NCBI GenBank assembly: GCA_963667015.2 | Contig: CAXXJJ010000004.1 | Coordinates: 2,304,001 to 2,368,000, forward strand | Direction: 5' to 3' | Length of the DNA stretch: 64,000 nt | Source of the DNA: Desulfatiglandales bacterium | GTDB lineage: Bacteria; Desulfobacterota; DSM-4660; Desulfatiglandales; HGW-15 | Shown here: positions 38,671 through 48,165 of the stretch, piece after piece | How the letters are laid out: every line of letters begins with the position of its first letter | How positions within the stretch are numbered: the first letter of the stretch is position 1 | Notes under the pieces: generated by a model | The model's database searches: none | Told to the model about the DNA's origin: nothing | What the model saw: the letters and a program-made list of their open reading frames with translations, nothing else | Made by a program: the position numbers and the translations under genes

Positions 38671-40713
38671 TTATGATTTCTTTAAGAGACAGTTATTAAC
38701 AATATCAACTGCCTTTTGCTTTAACTCAAGACCCAATTTATTTTCAGCCTGAATGCTGTCTTCGACAGCAGCCATGGCATCATAAAAAAGCTTCCATGCC
38801 CGTCTTTCATTCTGATACCGTGCCTTCAGTCTTCCTGCCTCATCAGAAGAAAAATCAATGGCCTCAGAAATTCTTTTTGCACCTGAACAGACAAATTCAG
38901 ATGCTTCATTCTTTTTTCCTTCACCAAACAGGGACATCGCCTTAAGTGCAAATCTCAGATAAACAACAGTCTTCGGGATATAGGAAATGAAGCAGCCGGT
39001 GAAGGGATCAACCAGGTCCTTCACCTGCTTTAAATCCTCTGATATTACCCTTCCATAGGCAGAAAAATAAAGGATGCGTATGTAATCACCTATCAGCTTT
39101 GAGACATGGGCTGATTTGATTGCCTCCTGGGCAAAGGATTCCTTGTCATGTCTCATGATCAGCCCATCCTTATGCACATAGGCCAGGCGTTCCCCCCTGT
39201 TAAAAAGGGTCGATAAAATGTATGCCTGATCCTCAGCCCTGCCTATAAATGTCGGAGTGAAGGGCCTGTGCCGTTTGAGGCTCTCGATCAGGATTCCGTT
39301 TGTTCCTCCGGTTACATGAATACGTTCAATACACTCACGCTTTCCATCAATACCGCTCTCTTCACTATACCTTGTCATCATCTCTGCTTCAGTTGACAAT
39401 GCCTGAGGTAACTGGCTGAAAAATACAGATTCATCAGGATTTAACTTTTTTGCCGGAAAGTTAACATCAGGCGTAAAAAGTCCTCTGGAAATATCAGAGT
39501 CATTTACCAGCGCCCCTGCTATCATGCCGAGTTCAACAGGGTTTCCGCCGGAATCGATCCCGCATGCACCCCATAGATCTGTCTTAAAATGTTCGAAGGC
39601 GGAACTGTACGTCTCACGCACAAGTTCATCCTGGGGAAACACCTGATCAAGGTCAATCTTAAAAGTAGCTTTGACTCTGCCGTCGATCATTACATTCCAG
39701 AAAAGGGCAATTGCCTTTAAAAAACTGTAATGGCGTCCATATTCACCGTCAACGCCAAAGACATCCAGCAGTCCTGACGCATCCCTGTTAAGAAACTTTT
39801 CTGCAGCAGGTATAATAATCTCTTTAACAATTCTCCGGGCATCGGTCTCTGTGAAGACATATACATCCAGATTGTCCAGATCATCTGAACCGGACAGGGC
39901 ATCCTCAAGATAGGGTCTTGCTGTCTCATGGAGCCCTTTATGAGTTACTGAAACAGATAAAAGACATACTGTTTTGTAATCCCCGGTGGAATTGCCCATG
40001 TTTTTTTCAAACCGGACAGCCTTTTCAAGGCCGTGTAGTCCATATAAAAATTCATTATTTTCATTTTTTACACCAATCTGTATGGGATGATCATACCAGT
40101 AAAGCTGATCGTCTCTGGTTACATCTGCCAACCTGTTTTTTACAGATTCTGCAACCGGTAAAACATTTATATCAGATCCGGGTGCAGGGACAGTCAACAG
40201 CACATTTGACGTAAAAAGTATCTCTCTGGCAGGATTGTTTATCGGATTTTCATTGAGGTCTGTAATCTTAATCAGCCTCTTTTTTCGCAAGGATTCTATG
40301 GCCTGATCTTCTCTGGTAAAAATACCACATCCCTCAGGAAAAAAGACTGACCATATGTTCTCTATGACTTCATCCTCATCAATATTATGATTACCCTCCA
40401 TGACCCATTGCGCCAGGGATTTTAATCTGTTTTTGAAATATTCATTCTCACTTACTCTTAGATCAATTTCTTCATTTATGCAGTCAATGCCCTTCAGGTA
40501 AAAATCCGCAATACTGCCATACTGCTCGGAATCCTTCATCTTTAATAAAAACTCGGCGGAACTATGGGGCTTTTCGTCATTATCTTCAGCCAGCGCGGAT
40601 AAAAAGGTCATATTCAATTGAAGGGGGATATCTCTTTCATCGGGTGTAATTTCAACTTTATTTACCAGTTCATCGATAAGCCAATTCAAAATGATCTTGA
40701 AGTCTTTATTCAT
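38671..40713 (-). CDS. Conserved hypothetical protein (680 aa) with GT-A-like motifs
   Basis: Long uninterrupted ORF; KIDLDQ, VTGGTNG, GRAEDQ, MRHDK. Function is inference. Confidence 0.7.
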   Translation of the reverse strand: MNKDFKIILNWLIDELVNKVEITPDERDIPLQLNMTFLSALAEDNDEKPHSSAEFLLKMKDSEQYGSIADFYLKGIDCINEEIDLRVSENEYFKNRLKSLAQWVMEGNHNIDEDEVIENIWSVFFPEGCGIFTREDQAIESLRKKRLIKITDLNENPINNPAREILFTSNVLLTVPAPGSDINVLPVAESVKNRLADVTRDDQLYWYDHPIQIGVKNENNEFLYGLHGLEKAVRFEKNMGNSTGDYKTVCLLSVSVTHKGLHETARPYLEDALSGSDDLDNLDVYVFTETDARRIVKEIIIPAAEKFLNRDASGLLDVFGVDGEYGRHYSFLKAIALFWNVMIDGRVKATFKIDLDQVFPQDELVRETYSSAFEHFKTDLWGACGIDSGGNPVELGMIAGALVNDSDISRGLFTPDVNFPAKKLNPDESVFFSQLPQALSTEAEMMTRYSEESGIDGKRECIERIHVTGGTNGILIESLKRHRPFTPTFIGRAEDQAYILSTLFNRGERLAYVHKDGLIMRHDKESFAQEAIKSAHVSKLIGDYIRILYFSAYGRVISEDLKQVKDLVDPFTGCFISYIPKTVVYLRFALKAMSLFGEGKKNEASEFVCSGAKRISEAIDFSSDEAGRLKARYQNERRAWKLFYDAMAAVEDSIQAENKLGLELKQKAVDIVNNCLLKKS

Positions 40714-41019
40714 GTGATCTCCGGAATTAATTAAACCAATTTACCTAGCCATCACGCAATCAGTCGGTTAAGATACCACAAGTCCGTGAATACTGTCCAG
40801 AAGGGGGAAAAGATATTGACTTACCATTTTTCACAAAGGATAATTTATGCATGGGGATATTTATATGTCCTACAGGGCATTTAAAGCCTTTTTTGAAACA
40901 TCCGTTGAATAACGATCAAAGTTATTTTATAATTTAAAGCGATTCTGATAATTGTCAAAACAGGCGGATAAATCCGCTTTAAGAATAGTCCTTTGTTAAC
41001 CTTTAAAAAGGGGGTCGCA

Positions 41020-41496
41020 ATGGTTAGTCTTCTGGCAAAAGATATTATGAATCCGGATGTCCTCTCTGTTGGCCCGGACTGGTCCATTGGCCAGCTGGCT
41101 GATTTTCTATGCGCAAACTCCATCTCAGGCGCACCGGTCATATCTGAAGACAACAAATTACTGGGTGTCGTATCCATGACTGACCTTGTCCGCCAGGCAA
41201 GTATGCCGGGCGTAAATTCATGCCTGGTTAGCGCAGACGAATCCTATATCCACTCACCGGAAAGACAGTACTCACCGGAGGAAATAGGAACTTCCCGGAT
41301 TGATGCACAGTCTCTTGTAACTGTAAACGATATCATGACACCTGTAACATTCAATGTAAATGAGTATACAAGGATACAGGATGTTGCAGATGCCATGTTA
41401 AGGGGACGAATACACAGGGTATTTGTAACCCGTAATGAATCCCTTATAGGAATCATTACAACCATGGATCTGCTCAGCGCTGTAAGAGACCTTTAA
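41020..41496 (+). CDS. CBS-domain pair protein
   Basis: AKDIM, ISGAPV..LLGVVS..D, V.DIMT, IHRVFV..LIGIIT..DL; TTGACT-N17-GATAAT at 40816-40844. Confidence 0.9.
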   Translation: MVSLLAKDIMNPDVLSVGPDWSIGQLADFLCANSISGAPVISEDNKLLGVVSMTDLVRQASMPGVNSCLVSADESYIHSPERQYSPEEIGTSRIDAQSLVTVNDIMTPVTFNVNEYTRIQDVADAMLRGRIHRVFVTRNESLIGIITTMDLLSAVRDL

Positions 41497-41524
41497 TTTT
41501 TATTTATTGATTTGAGGATTGCCT

Positions 41525-41815
41525 TTATTTTCTGAAAAGCGCCTCAAGGGCTTCTTTTGCTTCCCGGGTTCTGTAAATAGTCCCGCTTATTTCCTTTGAG
41601 CCCTTTGGTACGAAGTAATCACAATAGTTTGATCTTTCCTTATCGGAAATTCTTTCCGCCATAACCTCTTTACACTCATTATAGGCGCGGTGATCAAAAA
41701 ACTTACATTGTTTGCAGCATCTCAGGTCACGTTGACAGTGGGGACAAGTGTCCCTCCTGCTTATCTTTCCTTCAACAGGGACCTTCTTTCCGCAAAAAAC
41801 ACATTCCATTTTCAT
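41525..41815 (-). CDS. Small Cys-rich (probably Zn-binding) conserved hypothetical protein
   Basis: CVFC, CPHC, CCKQC, C...ERSNYCDYF; SD GGAGG. Confidence 0.75.
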   Translation of the reverse strand: MKMECVFCGKKVPVEGKISRRDTCPHCQRDLRCCKQCKFFDHRAYNECKEVMAERISDKERSNYCDYFVPKGSKEISGTIYRTREAKEALEALFRK

Positions 41816-42301
41816 ATTCCCTCCCGAATTCTGAAAATTAAATTTTTTTTTGCCTAATGATCCTGCGGGTTAAATCCTGCAGGACTGTTGATAATAAAAA
41901 TATACTTAAGAATTGTTTTGTTTCTATGAAAAACCGTTTTGAGGCAGAAGTCTGAGAAAGGTTCTCTAACTATTCGGTTCGTATTTACGGTGCCTTTTCA
42001 TACAAAAAAATGCCTATTCTTGAAACCCCCAGAATTATCATTGCAATTAAAATAATAATTATTTTTTCGGATGCAAGTTCTGGGACTGATACTCAAACTT
42101 AAATATTTTCACTGTGAGTATCAACTGTTTAATTCAATATACTAATCGTTTGATAATATAAAAAACTTTAAAAAAATATATCGGTTGTTTGATAGTTATT
42201 ATATTATACTCAACATATAATGATTATTCAATTAATATATCATTAATATAAAATCAATGAAAAAAATGTATTTTTATGATTTTTTTTGACCTTAAAATAA
42301 A

Positions 42302-42730
42302 ATGATAGTAAAATCCATTTTTTATAGTCTTTTTAGTCATACTGCTGACCTTGGCATGTCAGTCACTGGCCATTCCTGTGAAGAGCTTTTTATGAACGCA
42401 GGATTAGCCTTTTCAGAACTTCTCGTGGATAATAAAGCACCTAAAATTAATCATAAATTAAAAATTTCACTTCATGGAAATGATCTGCCTGATCTGATGG
42501 TCAGATGGCTGTCTGAAATCCTGTATCTCTTTGAGGGCGAAAGAGTGGTTGTAACTGAAATATTTATTAACGTCATAAATAGAAATAATTTAATATCAAC
42601 TCTTTCAGTCATGAACTTTGACAACCGATATCATGGGGTTGTGAGGGAAATCAAGGCAGTAACATATCATCAGATAGAGGTTAAAGAAGAAGACGGAATC
42701 TGGACAGCAAGAATAATATTTGACCTCTAA
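42302..42730 (+). CDS. Archease
   Basis: HTADLG, L...WL.E.LY, EIKAVTYH, C-terminal FDL; directly upstream of rtcB. Confidence 0.9.
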   Translation: MIVKSIFYSLFSHTADLGMSVTGHSCEELFMNAGLAFSELLVDNKAPKINHKLKISLHGNDLPDLMVRWLSEILYLFEGERVVVTEIFINVINRNNLISTLSVMNFDNRYHGVVREIKAVTYHQIEVKEEDGIWTARIIFDL

Positions 42731-42739
42731 AGGTAATAC

Positions 42740-44173
42740 ATGGAAATCAAACTCGAAAAAATAGACGATAACCGATGGCTCATTCCCAAAACCGGAAAAA
42801 TGAGGGTTTCGGGGATGATATTTTCCAGTCCCCGGTTGATCGGTGAAGTCAGAGAAGACCAGAGCATCACACAGGTTGCCAATGTGAGTACCCTGCCCGG
42901 CATTGTGGGACATTCTCTTGCCATGCCGGATATCCACTGGGGATATGGTTTTCCCATCGGCGGTGTAGCGGCATTTCGAATGGATGACGGGATTGTATCA
43001 CCCGGCGGTGTGGGATATGATATCAACTGCGGCTGTCGTCTCATGGCAACCGGCCTTGAGGCTTCCGATATAAAACCTTATATAAGAGATATCATCCTTT
43101 CGCTATACAGGGATATTCCCCTTGGTGTCGGTAAAGGGGGCACTATCAGGCTTTCTAAAAGAGATGAGGCCATGGTTGCCACTGAAGGTGCTGCCTGGGC
43201 AATCAAAAATGGATTTGGCAGCCGCGAAGACCTATTAAAAACAGAGGACAATGGAACCATGCAGGGGGCTGACCCTGAAGTGCTGAGTGAACGGGCTGTA
43301 AAAAGGGGACTCGATCAACTGGGCACCCTTGGTTCAGGAAATCATTTTCTGGAGATACAGGTAGTTGATCAGATCTATGATAAAACAATTGCCGATCGTT
43401 TTAACCTGCATGAAGGCCAGATCACGGTATTTCTGCATACCGGATCAAGAGGTTTCGGACATCAGATCTGTGATGATTTCCTGAAAAAAATGTCCGAAAA
43501 ACCACAGATCCCGGATCTCCCGGACAGGCAGCTTGCATGCGCGCCAATCAACTCCGGCATTGGCAGGAGATATCTCTCCGCAATGGCCTGTGCTGCGAAT
43601 TATGCCTGGGCCAACAGGCAGGTCCTGATGCACCTGGCCAGTGAATCAATGCTGAGATCCCTTGGAACAGATCCGGGGACACTTCGCATGTCTCTTCTTT
43701 ATGATGTTTCACATAATATAATTAAAAAGGAATATCACACCATAGACGGCAGGAAAACACTCCTCTGTGTTCACAGAAAGGGTGCTACACGCTCTTTCCC
43801 TCCGGGACACGATATCCTGCCGGATATATATAAAGACACAGGTCAGCCCGTACTGATCCCCGGGGACATGGGGACCTGTTCATATGTACTTGCAGGAGAT
43901 CATGGCGCCATGGAGAAGAGTTTCGGTTCAAGCTGTCATGGAGCGGGGCGCATCCTGAGCAGAAGCAGTGCCATAAAAAAAGCAAAAGGCAGATCCATAC
44001 AAAGAGAACTTGAAGACAGGGGAATCTTTGTGCAGGCAGGAGGTAAAAACACCCTTAAGGAGGAAATGCCCGAGGCCTATAAGGATGTATCAGAGGTTGT
44101 GGAAGTAGTGCATCAGGCAGGACTGGCGAGAAAGATTGCACGTCTAAGACCGCTTGGAGTAATTAAAGGATAG
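42740..44173 (+). CDS. rtcB: RNA-splicing/repair ligase RtcB (long archaeal/eukaryote-like type)
   Basis: MPDIHWGYGFPIG, GYDINCG, GTLGSGNHF, HTGSRG, SHN, HRKGAT, HGAGR, EEMPEAYK. Confidence 0.96.
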   Translation: MEIKLEKIDDNRWLIPKTGKMRVSGMIFSSPRLIGEVREDQSITQVANVSTLPGIVGHSLAMPDIHWGYGFPIGGVAAFRMDDGIVSPGGVGYDINCGCRLMATGLEASDIKPYIRDIILSLYRDIPLGVGKGGTIRLSKRDEAMVATEGAAWAIKNGFGSREDLLKTEDNGTMQGADPEVLSERAVKRGLDQLGTLGSGNHFLEIQVVDQIYDKTIADRFNLHEGQITVFLHTGSRGFGHQICDDFLKKMSEKPQIPDLPDRQLACAPINSGIGRRYLSAMACAANYAWANRQVLMHLASESMLRSLGTDPGTLRMSLLYDVSHNIIKKEYHTIDGRKTLLCVHRKGATRSFPPGHDILPDIYKDTGQPVLIPGDMGTCSYVLAGDHGAMEKSFGSSCHGAGRILSRSSAIKKAKGRSIQRELEDRGIFVQAGGKNTLKEEMPEAYKDVSEVVEVVHQAGLARKIARLRPLGVIKG

Positions 44174-44175
44174 AT

Positions 44176-47100
44176 TTACATGCAGACAGTGCCATAATAC
44201 CCGCAGAACCGGCACTCAGAATTTTCTTTTACAGCTGTTTCCGAACCATTCAACCATTTACTGTCTTTTTCAAACTCATCTATCTTTGACGCAATACCTG
44301 AAAAAACATCCAGCGGATTTCCCTGCCAGCTGCATTCTTTAAGGCATCCATTATTTAGAAAATAGATATATTGTTTATCTACTTTTTCATTCAGGATTTT
44401 TTCAAGTGCCCATTTATAAAAGGCGAGCTGGATATCATAACCGTTTTCAGTAATAACCTGTTCCGGATCTTTTGTTCCAAGATCATTACTTTTCCAGTCA
44501 ATGATTGACCAGAGTCCTGTTTCCGGATCTTTTATAATTCTGTCCATGACTCCCCTGAATTCGATACCTGGAAGGGCACTGGTCAAAAATGGTATCTCAG
44601 CATATGCTGTTTTCCCTGCCATCAGATCGATCAGTTTCCTGTCATTCACTGCCTGCCTCAGCAGTTCTTCTGCTCTTTCAAGACATGAATCAGCAATGGA
44701 GCCTGATGAATTTATCCTTTTCCCGGTATACTCAAACAGGCTGGCATCAAAACCTGCACCGAATTCATGTTTCTCCAGATACTTATGGATAAAGTTTCCA
44801 ATGAAAAGTGCATCCTTTGAATCATATTCTTCTGCATCCTGCCCTGCTGCGTTAATATCTTCATAATATTCGGCATCAACATATTCAGAAGTATGTTCTT
44901 CTTCCTTAAGCTTCAGAACGGAGTTGTAATAGAACCGAACCGGGCATTTCATAAAGATACGTATTGAGGTAAAGCTGAGCTGGAAGTATGGATCTGATCT
45001 TACCGGATTCGTAAAGTCCAGTTTTTTTATATCATCGTCATATACCCCAAAGGAATTCCTGTCGGGCTTTTCAGGATCATAGGCAATACCCTTAAAAGGT
45101 CTTGCCTTTATATCACATTTTCTTACTACCGGAGCAAAATCATCATTGCTCCCTTCACAGTACCCGCTGCTTTCTTCATCCAGCACATAAATATCCGACA
45201 AAAGCTGATTTATGTTGGCGCCCTGCCTGTAATCATCAGAAGTAAGATATGCTTTTTTGTTACCTGTCTTTTTCTCATTATCTGCACATATAAGTACAAG
45301 ATGATTTTCCGCCCTTGTACACCCGACATAAAAGACTCTTCTGTTTTCGGCTGTTTCCTCAAGCCTGTTCCTCTCCAGAAGGAGATGTCCGAGCGGGCTA
45401 AGTTTTTTCCGGTAATCAAATCCGGGCATCTCAACCTGCCACACAGGTATCTCACCTTCATGCCTGTTCCAGTCAGCAGGTTCATTTTTTTCAGATCTGT
45501 AAAGCCTTACCGGCCTTCCGGGTTCGGGATTAAGGCGACTTCTTCTGTCCAGTTGAGGTATGATAACCATGGGAAATTCAAGTCCCTTTGCGGCATGTAT
45601 GGTCATCAGGGATATGGCGCTGTTTTCTCCTGAGGCATTGATCGCTTCCCCTTCATCCTCATCCCTGTTCGCCATTTCAAGGCAGTATCCAACAAATTCC
45701 TGCAAAGATCCGTTTTCATCATTCTGGAATCTTCTTGCTATGTCTATAAGTTTTTCCATATTTTGCAGACCCTGCTCTCCTCCGGGTTGAGAGGAATAGG
45801 TGGCTACAAGGAAACGCTGGGAGATTATAGTTCTTATCAATTCGGTTATAGGAAGCCTGGTTGACAAAAACCGCCATGATTCAAGCTGGTTTTTTATTCT
45901 CTTTATATAAGGTATATCGGAATTTTTGATTCCTTCCGCCGGATTATTTTTATTATAAAAAAGATCGAATATCTCCGGATCACTCAAGCCGAATATCTGC
46001 CCCCTGAGACAGCCCAGAAGTGAAATTTTCTGTCTTTCATCGGCCAGATAGTTAAGCAGCTGAAGCATCTCTATCACCTCTCTGCTTTTGTAAAACCCCT
46101 TGCCTCGGTGGATGACGAAAGGGATACCCACCTCTCTCAATATATTTTCATATGTCTTTATATGTGTGAAGGCATAAAAAAGTATACCTATTGCTCGTTC
46201 TTTTTTTTCCAGCTTTTTTCTTATATCCTTAAAGGCGGTGTATTCACAGCAGTCTGTTCCATTCCTGCCAAGTATGGATTCAATTAACTGTGCTATCAGG
46301 GCGGCTTCGGTTTCTGCATTATTGCTTCTACCGGATGTCACCGTTGGCATTAATATGGACACCGATCCCTTATCCTGGACATTTTTTTTATGTTCAGGCA
46401 TATGAATATCTCTCGGGGCGGTCTCATAAATTTTTATTTCACCTGCATACTTATTGCTGAATATCTCCTCAAAGGTCCTGTTGAAGAATGCAATAGGATT
46501 AGTGTCGCTTCTGAAATTATGGGGCAGGTATATATCTCCCCCGAGGATTTTTTCCTGTTCTGCAGCGGGAAGAATTTCAAATCTTTTTCTTTGTACCTCC
46601 GGATCAAAATCATCGTCAATCTCCTTTATCCTTCCGGAATATCTGTCTGACTTCCAGAATAATGGTAGAGGATCGGTATTTGAACCCTTTATCTCTTTAT
46701 TGACTCTTTCAAATACCGTTACATCACCGCCACGAAACCTGTAGATGGCCTGCCTTTTATCTCCTACAACAAATATCTTTCCTGGAAGCAATAATTTACC
46801 GGAGGGATTTGAGGTATCCAGGCAGAGCGATCTGATGATATCCCACTGTATCCTGTTGGTGTCCTGGAATTCATCCACCATTATATACCTGTACCGGTTC
46901 TGTATCTTTTTAATGCGTGATGAGTCACCACCTCTGAGCATATTACTTAAAAATGCGAACGACTTTGTCTCGAGGTCGGAGAAATCCAGGCAGTTTATTT
47001 TTTCCTTTTCCCTGGAATATTTTTCTGCAGCAACCTTCACAGCATGGATAAAAAATCCCAGTTCTCTTTCAAATATGGAATCGGGATTATCCTCAATAAA

Positions 47101-48006
47101 CAAATCAGGGAAGTGCTCTGCAACCATATCTACATATGAAAGCGTTCTGAGACCTATATCGATGCTGCATTTTTTTCTCATCCTGCTGCCATTTTCTGCC
47201 AGATTCCTTAACGTCCTGAACAGTGCGGGAACAGCATAAAATTCATCTTCATTTTGACTTAGGGGGAGCCATTCATCAAAAAGATTGATAAGTTCTTCTA
47301 TGGTATCATTCCTGTCCTCAAGATATTTTAACCCTTCCATATATGGAATGATGAACCTTTCTTTTATATAAGCGCAATACTCAGTAAAAACCTTTTGTTT
47401 CCAGTCTTTTGTGCTGAACAGTCGATCAGATGTCTTAAGAACCCTTTCAAATACAGATGAATTTTCTGTCAGGTTTCTGACTGCTTTAAACAGGTTGTTT
47501 TTCCCTCCAAAGGAGCGCAGCAGAGGGATAAGTGTATTTTTGTTTTCCTGCCAGACCGAGGCCATTGCATCCTCAATGGCTTCATCCAGCAGGGCTTTCT
47601 GGCGAAATCCCTGTATAATATTAAATTGAGGATCAATACCCGATTCAACAGGGTGTTCTTTCAGGAGGTTTGCGCAGAATGAATGAATTGTTGATATCCT
47701 GTTCTTATCAAACTGATCCCTGGCGCTCTTTATCCTGTTTCTTAATTTTATATCACCCTTTTGTATGAGTCTTTTGTCAAGCTGGATAAGCATATCATAG
47801 ATCCGGCCCTTCATTTCTTCTGCTGCCTTTTCGGTAAATGTCAGTGTCAGGATCTGGGGAAGAGATACAGTATCATCGGTAAGCAGGATAAAACAAAACC
47901 GGTAGCTCAGTATCCTGGTCTTTCCTGCACCGGGGCCTGCGGTAACAACCATGTTCCGGTTGTAATCAAGGGCGCATAACTGTTGTATTGTCAATTCATT
48001 GAACAT
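44176..48006 (-). CDS. UvrD/AddA-like ATP-dependent helicase with C-terminal PD-(D/E)XK nuclease
   Basis: AGPGAGKT, TFTEKAA.EM, STIHSF, VDEFQD, VGD..QAIYRFRG, TIHAAKGLEF, YVG.TRA; nuclease G.MDR...IIDWK...QL..Y. Confidence 0.9.
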   Translation of the reverse strand: MFNELTIQQLCALDYNRNMVVTAGPGAGKTRILSYRFCFILLTDDTVSLPQILTLTFTEKAAEEMKGRIYDMLIQLDKRLIQKGDIKLRNRIKSARDQFDKNRISTIHSFCANLLKEHPVESGIDPQFNIIQGFRQKALLDEAIEDAMASVWQENKNTLIPLLRSFGGKNNLFKAVRNLTENSSVFERVLKTSDRLFSTKDWKQKVFTEYCAYIKERFIIPYMEGLKYLEDRNDTIEELINLFDEWLPLSQNEDEFYAVPALFRTLRNLAENGSRMRKKCSIDIGLRTLSYVDMVAEHFPDLFIEDNPDSIFERELGFFIHAVKVAAEKYSREKEKINCLDFSDLETKSFAFLSNMLRGGDSSRIKKIQNRYRYIMVDEFQDTNRIQWDIIRSLCLDTSNPSGKLLLPGKIFVVGDKRQAIYRFRGGDVTVFERVNKEIKGSNTDPLPLFWKSDRYSGRIKEIDDDFDPEVQRKRFEILPAAEQEKILGGDIYLPHNFRSDTNPIAFFNRTFEEIFSNKYAGEIKIYETAPRDIHMPEHKKNVQDKGSVSILMPTVTSGRSNNAETEAALIAQLIESILGRNGTDCCEYTAFKDIRKKLEKKERAIGILFYAFTHIKTYENILREVGIPFVIHRGKGFYKSREVIEMLQLLNYLADERQKISLLGCLRGQIFGLSDPEIFDLFYNKNNPAEGIKNSDIPYIKRIKNQLESWRFLSTRLPITELIRTIISQRFLVATYSSQPGGEQGLQNMEKLIDIARRFQNDENGSLQEFVGYCLEMANRDEDEGEAINASGENSAISLMTIHAAKGLEFPMVIIPQLDRRSRLNPEPGRPVRLYRSEKNEPADWNRHEGEIPVWQVEMPGFDYRKKLSPLGHLLLERNRLEETAENRRVFYVGCTRAENHLVLICADNEKKTGNKKAYLTSDDYRQGANINQLLSDIYVLDEESSGYCEGSNDDFAPVVRKCDIKARPFKGIAYDPEKPDRNSFGVYDDDIKKLDFTNPVRSDPYFQLSFTSIRIFMKCPVRFYYNSVLKLKEEEHTSEYVDAEYYEDINAAGQDAEEYDSKDALFIGNFIHKYLEKHEFGAGFDASLFEYTGKRINSSGSIADSCLERAEELLRQAVNDRKLIDLMAGKTAYAEIPFLTSALPGIEFRGVMDRIIKDPETGLWSIIDWKSNDLGTKDPEQVITENGYDIQLAFYKWALEKILNEKVDKQYIYFLNNGCLKECSWQGNPLDVFSGIASKIDEFEKDSKWLNGSETAVKENSECRFCGYYGTVCM

Positions 48007-48098
48007 AAGAATCCATGGATTTACATTTTGATGAAAAAAATATAAATTGATTATTCTCTGAAATTTACATCGTATATCGTTGAGATTTATATAAATTC

Positions 48099-48127
48099 GC
48101 AGAGACTGGTTTTAAACCCTTCTCTGC
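48099..48127. repeat. Degenerate copy of the REP-like palindrome at 2202-2240
   Basis: GCAGAGACTGGTTTTAAACCCTTCTCTGC. Confidence 0.6.
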
Positions 48128-48165
48128 AACAACATAACACAATTCGATAACAAGGAGAATCAAAT

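Noticed and set aside
41941..41975. CTGAGA suggesting a TPP riboswitch
   Set aside because: The other TPP elements (GGGG...ACCC, GAACCTGA, TAATGC..GCG) are missing and no thiamine gene follows.
44176..45000. Cas4-like nuclease implying a CRISPR locus
   Set aside because: It is the C-terminal domain of a UvrD-family helicase; no cas1/cas2 or repeat-spacer array is visible in the window.
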